From Prolixibacteraceae bacterium (lineage in GTDB: Bacteria; Bacteroidota; Bacteroidia; Bacteroidales; Prolixibacteraceae): 64,000 nucleotides of DNA. Positions 30,341-42,330 of the stretch are shown piece by piece; the stretch's first letter is position 1, and every line of letters begins with the position of its first letter. A program made the position numbers and the translations under genes. The notes beneath the pieces were generated by a model. That model saw only the letters and a list, made by a program, of their open reading frames with translations. It did no database searches and was not told where the DNA came from. The stretch spans positions 66,507 to 130,506 of the forward strand of contig WTWZ01000004.1 of the NCBI GenBank assembly GCA_009773765.1, written 5' to 3'.

Positions 30341-32098
30341 ATGTACAGAACTCACACTTGCGGCGAACTCAGAATCGCAAATATAAATACAAATGTTACA
30401 CTTGCCGGCTGGGTTCAGCGAATCCGCGATTTTGGAGGAATGTCGTTCATCGATTTACGCGACAGGTATGGAATCACCCAATTGGTAATTGACGAAAACA
30501 CCAACCAACCGGTTGTTGCACAAATCGGCCAGTTAGGCCGCGAATATGTAATCCAGGTAAAAGGTATGGTTCGCGAACGTTCGAGTAAAAATATGAATAT
30601 CCCTACCGGAGAAATTGAAATTGCTTTAACCGAAATACTTATTCTGAACCCCTCACTTGTTCCACCTTTTACAATTCAGGACGATACCGATGGCGGAGAT
30701 GAATTACGAATGAAATACAGGTACCTTGATTTACGCCGCAATGCTGTGAAGCAGAATATCGAACTCCGGCACAAAATGGCCCAGGAAACCAGGAGATATT
30801 TTGATGATCAGGGATTTCTTGAGATTGAAACACCGGTTCTGATGAAATCGACACCCGAAGGAGCGCGTGATTTTGTGGTACCTTCAAGAACAAACCCGGG
30901 AATGTTTTATGCTTTGCCACAATCGCCGCAAACTTTTAAACAAATTTTAATGGTTGCAGGTTACGACCGATACTTTCAAATTGTGAAATGCTTTCGCGAC
31001 GAGGATCTCCGGGCCGACAGGCAACCCGAATTTACACAAATAGATTGCGAAATGTCGTTTGTTGAGCAGGAAGACATTCTAAACACATTTGAAGGGATGT
31101 TACGGCATCTTTTCAAAAAAATTAAAGGTATCGGATTCGATCAGCCATTTCTTAGGATGAGTTTCGAAGACGCTATGAACAATTATGGAAATGACAAGCC
31201 TGATTTGCGGTTCGATATGAAAATCCATGAACTTACCGGAAAATTGCAGGGAAAAGGATTTGGCGTTTTTGACCAGTCACCATACATTGGCGGAATTTGT
31301 GCCACAGGGGCAGCTAATTACAGCCGTAAACAAATTGACGAACTGACAGAATGGGTGAAACGGCCGCAGATTGGCGCTAAAGGATTGATTTATATCCGTT
31401 TTGGCAATGATGGAGTTAAATCATCAATCGATAAATTTTTCAATGCTGAAGAACTGGCTGAAATTGGTAATCTTTTCGGGGCAAAAACCGGAGATATGAT
31501 TTTTGTTTTGTCAGGAGAAAAGAAAAAGACATTAGGCCAGTTAAGCGAACTTCGGCTGGAAACAGGCAACCGGTTGGGGCTGCGCGACAAAAACCGTTTT
31601 GTTCCGCTTTGGGTGGTTGATTTCCCGCTTTTTGAATGGGACGAAGGTACGCAACGCTTTTATGCTATGCACCACCCGTTTACTTCGCCAAAACCTGAGG
31701 ATATGGAATTCTTTGAAAGCGATCCGGGGCGTGTGAGGGCAAATGCGTATGATTGTGTTGTTAATGGCGTTGAGTTGGGTGGCGGTTCAATCCGTATTCA
31801 CGATCAAAAACTGCAACAAAAAATGTTTAAAGTGTTGGGCTTCACAAAAGAGCAGGCTGAATACCAGTTTGGGTTTATCATGAATGCCTTTACTTACGGC
31901 GCCCCGCCACATGGTGGCATCGCCTTTGGCTTCGACAGGCTGGTTTCGATGTTTTCCGGGCTTGATTCAATCCGTGATGTAATCGCCTTCCCAAAAAACA
32001 ATTCAGGCCGCGATGTAATGATTGATTCGCCATCAACAATTTCAAAAGAACAGTTGGAAGAATTGCAAATAAGCCTTGATTTAAAGGATAACAAATAA
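30341..32098 (+). CDS. aspS: Aspartate--tRNA ligase
   Basis: 585 aa with an N-terminal OB fold (RTHTCGELR) and class II motifs ([35 protein letters not shown]). Confidence 0.96.
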   Translation: MYRTHTCGELRIANINTNVTLAGWVQRIRDFGGMSFIDLRDRYGITQLVIDENTNQPVVAQIGQLGREYVIQVKGMVRERSSKNMNIPTGEIEIALTEILILNPSLVPPFTIQDDTDGGDELRMKYRYLDLRRNAVKQNIELRHKMAQETRRYFDDQGFLEIETPVLMKSTPEGARDFVVPSRTNPGMFYALPQSPQTFKQILMVAGYDRYFQIVKCFRDEDLRADRQPEFTQIDCEMSFVEQEDILNTFEGMLRHLFKKIKGIGFDQPFLRMSFEDAMNNYGNDKPDLRFDMKIHELTGKLQGKGFGVFDQSPYIGGICATGAANYSRKQIDELTEWVKRPQIGAKGLIYIRFGNDGVKSSIDKFFNAEELAEIGNLFGAKTGDMIFVLSGEKKKTLGQLSELRLETGNRLGLRDKNRFVPLWVVDFPLFEWDEGTQRFYAMHHPFTSPKPEDMEFFESDPGRVRANAYDCVVNGVELGGGSIRIHDQKLQQKMFKVLGFTKEQAEYQFGFIMNAFTYGAPPHGGIAFGFDRLVSMFSGLDSIRDVIAFPKNNSGRDVMIDSPSTISKEQLEELQISLDLKDNK

Positions 32099-32116
32099 TT
32101 TAAGGTATTATAGTTA

Positions 32117-32150
32117 CGATAAAAGGGAAGCGAAAGCTTCCCTTTTATCG
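32117..32150. terminator. Bidirectional intrinsic terminator between convergent aspS and exbD
   Basis: Perfect 15-bp stem cgataaaagggaagc / gcttcccttttatcg with a GAAA tetraloop. A/T-rich tracts flank it on both sides. Confidence 0.8.
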
Positions 32151-32180
32151 TTTATTATCTAACAAACATATTAGCTTAAT

Positions 32181-32648
32181 TTATTGTGCAGGTTTCCTTG
32201 ATGAATAATTGATGTGTAATGCTGCTGCTTTACGCAACTCTTGCTTCACTTCGGTAACAATGCCCATTTTAGTATTCTCATCTACTTTTAATGAAACTAT
32301 CATCCTTGGCCTTTCAGCTTCATCCCGTGCTTCTCTCTCCGCGATTATGAAATTGCTGATGTCAGAAACACTGGCAAACTGGTCTGCTAACTGAATACGC
32401 GGAGCAATACCAAATTTGGACTGATATTGTCTTAATGGTTCTCCGATATAAATAAAGCTTACCAACGATTTTTTTTCCAATTTGCTCAGCTCAGTGGCTG
32501 TTGGAAGTTTTACCCTTACATTTAATGTTACTTCGCGCATGGTAGTGGTTACCATAAAAAAGAAAAGCAACATAAAAACAATGTCAGGCAACGAAGCTGT
32601 TGAAATTGGAGGTAACTCCTTATTACTGCTTTTTTTAAATTTGCTCAT
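32181..32648 (-). CDS. exbD: Biopolymer transport protein ExbD/TolR
   Basis: 155 aa with the ExbD N-terminus PISTASLPDIVFMLLFFFMVTT and a periplasmic domain. Confidence 0.85.
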   Translation of the reverse strand: MSKFKKSSNKELPPISTASLPDIVFMLLFFFMVTTTMREVTLNVRVKLPTATELSKLEKKSLVSFIYIGEPLRQYQSKFGIAPRIQLADQFASVSDISNFIIAEREARDEAERPRMIVSLKVDENTKMGIVTEVKQELRKAAALHINYSSRKPAQ

Positions 32649-32660
32649 CGTATTTACCTC

Positions 32661-33227
32661 TTAATTACGTTTTCTTGGTTCAGCTTCAGAAATCCTTGAA
32701 GGATAAATTTCGCGAATTGCATCTTGTTGTTCATTTTCCAAATCACTGTAGGATTTCTGAAATTTACTTTTCGCCAATTCGTCCCTCAATTCATTAATGG
32801 CAGCAACTAACTCGTTTTGAACAGCAATGTATGTTCCATATTTAGTATCAAGGTCATTACTTAAAGAGATAACACCTTTGGTTACCATAACCTCTCCGAA
32901 GAAAGGCACTTCTTTAGGTTCCTTTTCAGGCAAACTGGCATCATCGGCAGGATTTGCCATAAACTCTTTAGCCTTTTCGCGCAGTTCACTAATATTGGTC
33001 CATTCATTTTCCACCAACAGGTCATTATTTCTGTTAACCAGCACAACAAATATGTTACGCTCCTTAACATCAACTTGCTCGTCTTGTTTTTCTTCAACCC
33101 ATTGCGGAAGCCTTCTTTCAAGGCCACTGTCCACGTCCATCGTAGTTGTTACCAGGAAAAATATAAGCAACATAAAAGCGATATCTGCCAATGATGCTGC
33201 CGGTACTTCAGGCATTTTTTTACTCAT
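32661..33227 (-). CDS. exbD: Biopolymer transport protein ExbD/TolR (longer paralogue)
   Basis: 188 aa with LADIAFMLLIFFLVTTTM and an extended periplasmic part. Confidence 0.85.
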   Translation of the reverse strand: MSKKMPEVPAASLADIAFMLLIFFLVTTTMDVDSGLERRLPQWVEEKQDEQVDVKERNIFVVLVNRNNDLLVENEWTNISELREKAKEFMANPADDASLPEKEPKEVPFFGEVMVTKGVISLSNDLDTKYGTYIAVQNELVAAINELRDELAKSKFQKSYSDLENEQQDAIREIYPSRISEAEPRKRN

Positions 33228-33256
33228 AACTAATTTTCCTGTTTTATTCCACGATT

Positions 33257-33715
33257 TTACTTTCTAATTAACCGAATAAACGGAGAGAATATAAATACCA
33301 ATACTGATATTGCAAGCATAATGTATAATGCAATTAATCCAGTATCAACTAATTTTATAGTCTTCCCTGTTAAACCTTCGGCAATAAATTTCTCAGCTCC
33401 AACAAAGTTAGGCATCTCCGGAGAAGCTAATAAATATGATACCAATACAACTGCTGCCATAAACAATACCGAAGTAAGTCCTTTTTTAGCTGCTTCTTTA
33501 CTGGTTACTGTATGAAACATTGCAAAGAATAATGCCAGGCCAGCACCAACAATTCCCAGTATATAGACCCAAATAAGATTGATATTAATCCAGCTTAACA
33601 TATTAGGATCCTGTTCGTTATCACTGATATTTGCAACCAGGGAAATACTTAAAATTACTGATACACCAATCAGGACCCATAAAATAATAGTAACTATTTT
33701 TCCTGTTTTTTCCAT
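33257..33715 (-). CDS. Hypothetical 4-TM membrane protein embedded in the ExbB/ExbD cluster
   Basis: 152 aa with four hydrophobic helices and no recognisable motif. Gaps to the neighbours are 8 and 29 nt. Confidence 0.55.
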   Translation of the reverse strand: MEKTGKIVTIILWVLIGVSVILSISLVANISDNEQDPNMLSWININLIWVYILGIVGAGLALFFAMFHTVTSKEAAKKGLTSVLFMAAVVLVSYLLASPEMPNFVGAEKFIAEGLTGKTIKLVDTGLIALYIMLAISVLVFIFSPFIRLIRK

Positions 33716-33723
33716 GGGTTTAC

Positions 33724-34524
33724 TTATTTTTTCAGATTGTGTTTTATCAAAATATCTAACATCGAAATCGAAGCATCTTCCATGCTGTTTACTATTCCAT
33801 CGATTTTATTTACACAATAGTTGTAGAAAATCTGAAGTATAATGGCAACGATAAGACCAAATACGGTAGTGATCAAAGCAATTTTAATACCGCCGGCAAC
33901 TAATGAGGGCGAAATATCACCTGCAATCTCAATTGCATCGAAAGCACCAATCATACCGATAACCGTTCCCATGAACCCAAGCATCGGGCCTAACGCGATG
34001 AAAAGTGCAATCCAGCTCAAACCCCTGTCAAGTAGGCCGGCCTGGACACCACCGTACGAAATAATTGATTTTTCAACAACATCAATGCCGTCATCAACCC
34101 TGTCCAAACCCTGATAGAAAATACTTGCCACTGGTCCGCGCGTGTTACGGCAAACTTCTTTTGCGGCTTCAACGCCACCGCTTTCCAAAGCTTCTTCAAC
34201 TTTGGCCAAAAGTTTCTTAGTGTTGCTGGTAGCAAGATTAAGGTAAAGTACCCTTTCAATTGCAAACGCCAACCCTAAAATAAGCGAAAGTAAAATTGAG
34301 GTCATAAAGCCTGCACCACCCTCAATAAACTTTTGTTTAATTGCACTGTGAAACGATTTTCCTTCTTCAGCGGCTGCTGCAGCCTGCTCTTCCGGATCAG
34401 CAGTTATATCAACCTGACTGGGAGCTGAGGCCTGAGTAGCTGTTGTGTCTTGTGCAACTACAACATTTGACGCCATAAACAATAGCATCCCAAATACTGC
34501 TATTAACGCGAATAGTCTTTTCAT
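33724..34524 (-). CDS. exbB: MotA/TolQ/ExbB proton-channel protein
   Basis: 266 aa with a signal-like N-terminus, an acidic/Ala-rich periplasmic extension and the conserved C-terminal block GPMLGFMGTVIGMIGAF...SPSLVAGGIKIALITT. Confidence 0.9.
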   Translation of the reverse strand: MKRLFALIAVFGMLLFMASNVVVAQDTTATQASAPSQVDITADPEEQAAAAAEEGKSFHSAIKQKFIEGGAGFMTSILLSLILGLAFAIERVLYLNLATSNTKKLLAKVEEALESGGVEAAKEVCRNTRGPVASIFYQGLDRVDDGIDVVEKSIISYGGVQAGLLDRGLSWIALFIALGPMLGFMGTVIGMIGAFDAIEIAGDISPSLVAGGIKIALITTVFGLIVAIILQIFYNYCVNKIDGIVNSMEDASISMLDILIKHNLKK

Positions 34525-34669
34525 AATTGTTTTGAATTTTTTAATTAATAATTCTCTAATTTGTTTTTATTGATTTTTATTGAAAAAAATTTACTGTTGC
34601 TATGAAAAAATGTATTAATATTTAACCATTGAATTTTGTAACTATTTATAAGAACGTATCTCTTTAACC

Positions 34670-34760
34670 TGGCGGAGAGAGAGGGATTCGAACCCTCGGT
34701 ACCGTTTCGCAGTACACACGCTTTCCAGGCGTGCCAGTTCAGCCACTCCTGCACCTCTCC
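34670..34760 (-). tRNA. tRNA-Ser (anticodon GGA), class II with long variable arm, CCA encoded
   Basis: I folded it by hand. The acceptor stem is GGAGAGG/TCTCTCC and the anticodon stem is CACGC/GCGTG with loop CTGGAAA. The variable arm is long. The T-arm is GAGGG-TTCGAAT-CCCTC, followed by discriminator G and CCA. Confidence 0.9.
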
Positions 34761-34826
34761 ATTTGTTGACTGGCATCCTTTAAAAGAGGGGTGCAAATTA
34801 ATAAAAAATTATTAATATGAAATAAG

Positions 34827-35870
34827 CTATTCACTAATTTCCCCCCTTAAACTCTTATTGAGATACATTTTAATTTCGCTGTTGCTTAATCCTTGTCCCA
34901 ACAGGAACATTAATTTGGTTATTGCGGCTTCCGATGTCATATCATTGCCCGAAACCACGCCTGCATTGAGCAGTTCCAAACTGGTTTCGTACTGCCCCAT
35001 TATTACCCTGCCTCCTTCACACTGGGTAATATTTAAAATTACTATCCCTTTCTTAACCGCCCTTTTAATGCAACCGGTCAACCATTGCACAGTAGGTACA
35101 TTTCCCGAACCAAACGTTTCCAGGACGATACCTTTTAGCCCGGGAATTTCTAAAATCGCTTTAAATACTTTTTCGTTAATTCCGGGGAACATTTTAATAA
35201 TTACCACATTATCATCAAAACGCGTATTTACTTTCAATATCCCTTTATTTTCAGTATGATAAATAAATTCACTGTTAAACCGTATATCAACGCCTGCTAC
35301 TGCAAGCTCAGGGTAATTCACCGAGTGAAAAGCGCTGAATTGCTCGGAGTCTCTTTTAACTGTCCGGTTTCCACGGTACAATTTAAAATCAAAATAGATG
35401 CAAACCTCGGGAACCTTACTTTTGGCCGCTTCTTTTGCAGCCGCAATTTCAACCGAAGTTATCAGATTTTCCTTCCCATCAGTTCTGATTGTGCCAATTG
35501 GAAGTTGCGAACCTGTCAGAATTATCGGTTTATCCAGGTTTTCAAACATGTAACTCAAAGCCGATGCTGTATAAGCCATGGTATCGGTCCCATGTAAAAT
35601 CACAAATCCATCGAAATTATTGTAGTTCTTTTTTATGGTAAGGGCAATTTTAACCCATAACGATGGATTCATATTTGAAGAATCGAGCGCCGGATTGAAA
35701 ATTACGGTTTGAATATTATAGTTGAATTTATTTAACTCCGGGACTTCTTTTAAAATCTGATCAAATTTTACCGGGGCCAGGGTTCCTGTTTCAGGCCTTT
35801 GGACCATTCCGATTGTGCCACCGGTGTATATAATTAATATTGATGTTTTGTTAATATTTTCTGATATCAT
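34827..35870 (-). CDS. ansA: L-asparaginase, type I
   Basis: Motifs LIIYTGGTIGM (Thr nucleophile) and HGTDTMAYTAS. The ATG at 35870 (MISENINKTS) is preferred. The track start at 35924 would overlap tatD. Confidence 0.9.
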   Translation of the reverse strand: MISENINKTSILIIYTGGTIGMVQRPETGTLAPVKFDQILKEVPELNKFNYNIQTVIFNPALDSSNMNPSLWVKIALTIKKNYNNFDGFVILHGTDTMAYTASALSYMFENLDKPIILTGSQLPIGTIRTDGKENLITSVEIAAAKEAAKSKVPEVCIYFDFKLYRGNRTVKRDSEQFSAFHSVNYPELAVAGVDIRFNSEFIYHTENKGILKVNTRFDDNVVIIKMFPGINEKVFKAILEIPGLKGIVLETFGSGNVPTVQWLTGCIKRAVKKGIVILNITQCEGGRVIMGQYETSLELLNAGVVSGNDMTSEAAITKLMFLLGQGLSNSEIKMYLNKSLRGEISE

Positions 35871-35898
35871 TGGATTGGTTGGATTTGTCTGCAATTTA

Positions 35899-36663
35899 TC
35901 AAATTCCAAACATTTTACGCGCATTTGCAGTGGTTATTTCCGCAATTTCTTTAAACGACAACTGATAAACTTCAGATAGTTTCTGTGCAACATATACCAA
36001 ATACGCGCTTTCATTCCGCCGGCCACGTTTAGGTTCGGGAGCCAGATAAGGTGCATCAGTTTCCAAAACAAGATTATTTACATTTACGTTTTGAAGAATA
36101 TGGCACAGAGAACTGTTTTTATAGGTTACCACCCCCCCTATTCCGAGTAAAAATCCCAAATCAATAACTTTTTGCGCCTCTACCTCATCTCCCGAAAAAC
36201 AATGAAAAACACCATTTAATGTCCCATCCTGTTCTTCTTTCACAATTTCATGAACCTCGTTAAATGATTCCCTGACATGAATAACTATTGGAAGTTTTCG
36301 CGATTTTGCCAATTTAATCTGATACCGGAAAGCTTCTTTTTGTTCTTCAATATAAGTACGATCCCAATACAGGTCGATTCCGATTTCACCAATACCATAA
36401 AACTTTTGTTTATCGAGCCAGTATTCAACAACAGATAATTCTTCTTTAAAATCATTGGAAACAGAAGTTGGATGAAGCCCCATTAATGGATAGCAAACAT
36501 GCGGATATGAATTACTCAAATCAAGTAATCTTTTAATAGACCCTGAATCGATGTTGGGAAGTACTATTTTTTTGACATCATTATTATAGGCATTTTGCAG
36601 TACCTCTTCAATGTCGTCGTTAAAATCTTCAGAGTAAATATGTGAATGTGTATCAATCAGCAT
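35899..36663 (-). CDS. TatD-family metal-dependent hydrolase
   Basis: MLIDTHSHIY (HxH) start, later VIHVRES and ETDAPYL motifs. The ATG at 36663 is preferred over the track start at 36714. Confidence 0.88.
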   Translation of the reverse strand: MLIDTHSHIYSEDFNDDIEEVLQNAYNNDVKKIVLPNIDSGSIKRLLDLSNSYPHVCYPLMGLHPTSVSNDFKEELSVVEYWLDKQKFYGIGEIGIDLYWDRTYIEEQKEAFRYQIKLAKSRKLPIVIHVRESFNEVHEIVKEEQDGTLNGVFHCFSGDEVEAQKVIDLGFLLGIGGVVTYKNSSLCHILQNVNVNNLVLETDAPYLAPEPKRGRRNESAYLVYVAQKLSEVYQLSFKEIAEITTANARKMFGI

Positions 36664-36792
36664 GTCAAAAAAAATTTCGACAAATGTATAAAACGAATTT
36701 ATCCTGAAACACAATCCAACTTTAACAAAAAATTAAGTTTTCGATGTATTTCAGGATAAATCAAAAAAAAACAGATTGACCTAATGATTTAA

Positions 36793-38127
36793 TTACACAA
36801 TTCCCTGGGCAAGCATTGCATCAGCGACTTTTACAAAACCGCCTACATTTGCACCAGTTACATAGTTGACTTTATTTTCGTTTTTACCGTAAGTAACGCA
36901 TGTTTCATGAATATCTTTCATAATTTGCTTAAGCCGCATGTCAACCTCTTCGCGCGACCAGTTGTAACGCATACTGTTTTGCGACATTTCGAGACCTGAT
37001 ACTGCCACACCACCAGCATTTACAGCTTTTCCGGGTGCATAATCAATGTACTCCGACAGATATTCCGCTGCATCAGCCGTACATCCCATATTTGATGCCT
37101 CGGCTACCAGCTTGCAACCATTTTTAACAAGTTCTCTGGCATCGTCAAAGTTTAATTCGTTTTCAGTAGCACAGGGCATTGCCAAATCAACAGGCACCTC
37201 CCAGGGATGTTTTCCTGCAAAAAATCTGCAACCAAACTCATTTGCATAAGGTTCTACAATATCATTATTTGTTGACCGAAGTTCAAGCAGATATTCAACT
37301 TTATTGCCTTTAATTCCTTCAGGATCGTAAATATAACCATCAGGCCCTGAAATAGTGACCACTTTTCCGCCCAACTCATTAATTTTTATTATTGTTCCCC
37401 ACGCAACATTGCCAAATCCTGAAACTGAAATTGTTTGTCCTTCAATATCTTTACCAATACGGTGCAGCATGTGTTGTGCAAAATAAACTGAGCCAAAACC
37501 GGTAGCTTCGGGCCGAATTAAACTGCCCCCCCACGCAAGTCCTTTTCCAGTCAAAACACCCGTAAATTCGTTCTTTAATCTTTTATACTGACCAAACAAG
37601 TAGCCAATTTCCCGGCCTCCAACACCAATATCGCCCGCCGGCACATCGGTATTTGGCCCAATATGACGATAAAGTTCGGTCATAAACGACTGACAAAACC
37701 GCATAATTTCCCAATCGGTTTTTCCCTTTGGGCTAAAATCGGAACCACCTTTTCCACCGCCCATTGGAAGTGTTGTTAAACTGTTTTTAAATGTCTGCTC
37801 GAATCCCAGAAATTTCAGAATGCTCAAGGTTACACTGGCATGAAAACGCAAACCGCCTTTATAAGGCCCCAAAGCAGAATTAAACTCCACACGGTAGCCG
37901 CGGTTAATTTGAACTTCGCCCCTGTCGTCAACCCACGGAACACGAAACATGATTATCCGCTCGGGTTCTACCATTCGTTCAAGGATTTTTGCTTTCTGGT
38001 ATTTTGGATTTCTTTCGTAAAAATCCCAGATTGAACCTATCACTTCTTCAACTGCCTGATGAAATTCCCTTTCTCCCGGAGTTCTTTTCTCCAAATTCAC
38101 GATGAATTCATTTATATCTGCTTTCAT
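36793..38127 (-). CDS. gdhA: NADP-specific glutamate dehydrogenase
   Basis: 444 aa with the GDH catalytic block LPMGGGKGGSDFSPKGK and dinucleotide fold GFGNVAWG. Confidence 0.95.
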   Translation of the reverse strand: MKADINEFIVNLEKRTPGEREFHQAVEEVIGSIWDFYERNPKYQKAKILERMVEPERIIMFRVPWVDDRGEVQINRGYRVEFNSALGPYKGGLRFHASVTLSILKFLGFEQTFKNSLTTLPMGGGKGGSDFSPKGKTDWEIMRFCQSFMTELYRHIGPNTDVPAGDIGVGGREIGYLFGQYKRLKNEFTGVLTGKGLAWGGSLIRPEATGFGSVYFAQHMLHRIGKDIEGQTISVSGFGNVAWGTIIKINELGGKVVTISGPDGYIYDPEGIKGNKVEYLLELRSTNNDIVEPYANEFGCRFFAGKHPWEVPVDLAMPCATENELNFDDARELVKNGCKLVAEASNMGCTADAAEYLSEYIDYAPGKAVNAGGVAVSGLEMSQNSMRYNWSREEVDMRLKQIMKDIHETCVTYGKNENKVNYVTGANVGGFVKVADAMLAQGIV

Positions 38128-38293
38128 ATAAAAAACGTTTTTAAATTATGCACCAAAGGTATCATTCTTAAAAACGAAAAAACAAGATATTATGTCATAT
38201 TCAGCTAACATTAGTGGCTCTGATAAACAACGCTTTAGGAGGCGAATAAAGATGTTAAAAAACAGTGTGTGACAAATGTCAGATTTTTGGGCA

Positions 38294-38327
38294 CAAAAAA
38301 AAGCCCCTTCCTTTTAAAGAAAGAGCT
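38294..38327 (-). terminator. Intrinsic terminator downstream of groEL
   Basis: The minus-strand RNA AGCUCUUUC-UUUAAAA-GGAAGGGGCU forms a 9-bp stem (two G-U pairs) followed by a U8 tract. It lies 25 nt after the groEL stop. Confidence 0.7.
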
Positions 38328-38351
38328 TTTTGTTAAATATTGTGGCTGCGA

Positions 38352-40296
<1,945 letters not shown>

Positions 40297-40353
40297 AGTT
40301 TTAAGTTTTTATTTTAATTAAACATTATTTTAAAAAAATCGACACGGTGGCTT

Positions 40354-40369
40354 TGCACATTCCATGCCA
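40354..40369 (-). promoter_or_regulatory. Candidate sigma-54 (-24/-12) promoter upstream of groES: TGGCATGGAATGTGCA
   Basis: The minus strand reads TTGGCATG-GAAT-GTGCAAAG, against the consensus YTGGCACG-N4-TTGCW. The GG and GC have the correct spacing, and the element lies about 58-73 nt upstream of the groES ATG. Confidence 0.3.
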
Positions 40370-40800
40370 ACCGGTCAGGATTGTTGATTTCTGACGAAAC
40401 TAAGACAAAGTTGCATAGATTATTTTCACGATTTACTTCCAAATAAGCACAAAACACTATTTTACAACACATTAAGAACAGCGACAAAATATCTGACAGG
40501 GTGGCATAAAATAATCAGGACTTATAATGGTTGGATTACACATTGGCAAAAGATAAGCCCCCTGAGCTACTGTTTTGCAACATAAGTTTAAGTAGACAAA
40601 TTTCTATAATGTTCTCAGCATATTAAAAAAATAATATCAATAACCTCAAACTTATGGGTTGCATACAGGAGATTGGAGGATATCGATTCGAACTACGATG
40701 ATTTGTTTTCAATTCCAAGTGATAATTTCGATATCCGGTGGGGTTTTAGCTATTATCTGCACCGGAAACAGGAAATAAACAAAGAAGAATAATCATGCCC

Positions 40801-40845
40801 ACACCTACTAAAAAAGCCGGTTATTTACCGGCTTTTTTAGTAGGT
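40801..40845 (-). terminator. Strong intrinsic terminator downstream of secG
   Basis: Perfect 19-bp inverted repeat cacctactaaaaaagccgg / ccggcttttttagtaggtg with a 7-nt loop. The stem includes the A/T tracts. It lies 15 nt past the secG stop. Confidence 0.8.
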
Positions 40846-40859
40846 GTTATATTTCTATT

Positions 40860-41198
40860 TTATTTTATCGAATCAGATGCTACAGGCGCTGTTGTCGGGA
40901 AATTGGGGACCTGGGTCGGGTCAATGGCAGTTTCAATCTGCTGCCGAACGCGTGATTCTTCAACGCCGGCTTCGCCACGCGGAATAAATGCCGAGCCAAC
41001 TACTGCCAGAAACAATAAAGCCCCTGCCAAACCCCAGGTGGCCTTTTCAAGAAAATCGGTGGTTTTACGAACGCCCATAACCTGGCCTGCCGACTGGAAA
41101 TTACTTGCCAAACCGCCACCTTTTGAATTTTGTACCAAAACAATCAATACCAAAAGGACGCAAACGATAAATAATAAAACCGTGATTAATGTGTACAT
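40860..41198 (-). CDS. secG: Preprotein translocase subunit SecG
   Basis: 112 aa. The N-terminus MYTLITVLLFIVCVLLVLIVLVQNSKGGGL is the classic SecG signature, and a second TM helix is present. Confidence 0.88.
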   Translation of the reverse strand: MYTLITVLLFIVCVLLVLIVLVQNSKGGGLASNFQSAGQVMGVRKTTDFLEKATWGLAGALLFLAVVGSAFIPRGEAGVEESRVRQQIETAIDPTQVPNFPTTAPVASDSIK

Positions 41199-41201
41199 TT
41201 T

Positions 41202-41807
41202 TTATGAATTAGTGTTCCTTAATTTTTCAATTTCTTCAATTCGGGCAGCAAAGTAAATACTTTTTTCCGGATATTTCAAACTTAATTTCTGATAAGATTC
41301 TTTTGCTTTTCCATAGTTTTTTTGCTGAAAATAAATTGAAGCCAGAGTTTCGGTAATGAGCTCGTGGTTTTCGGTTGCCGATTTTTCAGCAATATTAAGC
41401 CTGTTTTCATTTTCGGCAACATTCCCTCCTTCCGGTATCCTTCTGGCTGACCCCGTATCTGTTTGTAAAAATTTATCGATCAATGGATTCCCTTTACCAT
41501 TTTCTGTTTCATCCCCTGTTTCGCCGAATTGCTGTAAAATACTTTCGTCATCCGTTTTATCAGCCTTTGCCCGAGTTTCTGAATTCAAATAGTTGTACAA
41601 TAATTTGCGGTCGGGTACCATAACCGCCACCTTTTTTAATACCAAATGGTAGTCAGGCGATTTCATTTCCTTCAGATTTTTAAGGTACAACATCCAGCCC
41701 AACTGAAACCAGGGATACTTTTCAGTTAACAGTTTCAGTTCAATCACCGTTTCGTTACAAAACAAACCTGGATTGGCGAATAAATTATTTAATTTATCGT
41801 TTTCCAT
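41202..41807 (-). CDS. Hypothetical protein with C-terminal TPR-like repeat
   Basis: 201 aa with an acidic middle and a TPR-like end (LASIYFQQKNYGKAKESYQKLSLKYPE). It sits between lptE-like and secG with 3-nt gaps. Confidence 0.55.
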   Translation of the reverse strand: MENDKLNNLFANPGLFCNETVIELKLLTEKYPWFQLGWMLYLKNLKEMKSPDYHLVLKKVAVMVPDRKLLYNYLNSETRAKADKTDDESILQQFGETGDETENGKGNPLIDKFLQTDTGSARRIPEGGNVAENENRLNIAEKSATENHELITETLASIYFQQKNYGKAKESYQKLSLKYPEKSIYFAARIEEIEKLRNTNS

Positions 41808-41810
41808 TCT

Positions 41811-42326
41811 TTACCAGTTGGCGATAGTTGCATTAAAAATATCTTCGGTTAATTTAATGACAATCAGCCGGGTTAATTCTTCTTCCACATCGTTGATTGA
41901 AAGGTTGCTGTCAAAATCCTCGTATGCCGAAAAACTCCTTTCAAAATTTTCCTCTGGCGATTTGCTGTTGGCATATTTCAACTTAACCGAAATTGTTAAT
42001 CTGTTTTGAGCTGCAAGGTCATCTTTTTGAATCGACATGGGGCGAACCTCGTAACCCGTTATCTGTCCTTCAAATTCAATATCTCCTCCTTCCGACAATT
42101 CGGTCAGCGAGGTTTGTCTTCGAAGTTTTTCCTTTAAATCTTCGGTAAATGTCTGGCTCAATGTCGGATTGATCAGTCTTGCCCGGTTTGGGAAATAATA
42201 TACTGTGTAAGTGCGTACTGCGGGCGAAAGATTTGCCCCCGTAAAAGAATAATTGATTTTACATGCAGTGAAAAAACCCGACATGGCAAAAAAAGCTACA
42301 ATAATAAACATCAACCGTTTTAGCAT
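41811..42326 (-). CDS. lptE: LptE-like LPS-assembly lipoprotein
   Basis: Lipoprotein signal MLKRLMFIIVAFFAMSGFFTAC. The size and the pattern (YTVYYFPNRA...GQITGYEVRP) fit Bacteroidota LptE-family proteins. The ATG at 42326 is preferred, because the track start at 42431 would overlap the upstream gene by 100 nt. Confidence 0.6.
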   Translation of the reverse strand: MLKRLMFIIVAFFAMSGFFTACKINYSFTGANLSPAVRTYTVYYFPNRARLINPTLSQTFTEDLKEKLRRQTSLTELSEGGDIEFEGQITGYEVRPMSIQKDDLAAQNRLTISVKLKYANSKSPEENFERSFSAYEDFDSNLSINDVEEELTRLIVIKLTEDIFNATIANW

Positions 42327-42330
42327 AATT

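Noticed and set aside
34545-34796. 83-aa minus-strand ORF in the track
   Set aside because: It is entirely explained by the tRNA-Ser(GGA) gene at 34670-34760 on the same strand plus AT-rich flanks. Its translation has no protein-like features.
38268-38285. TGACA-N2-TGTCA inverted repeat about 145 nt upstream of gdhA
   Set aside because: It is a short 5-bp-arm dyad immediately next to the groEL terminator, and I can match it to no known regulator consensus. Chance occurrence is likely.
40640-40720. tRNA-like 'gattcgaac' T-loop-like string and possible ncRNA in the long groES upstream region
   Set aside because: I could not fold the surrounding sequence into a cloverleaf, and there is no acceptor or anticodon stem complementarity. 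I recognised no conserved ncRNA signature.
40795-41256. 153-aa plus-strand ORF
   Set aside because: It is antisense to secG and spans the secG terminator hairpin. Its composition is typical of a shadow ORF, whereas secG has a textbook signature.
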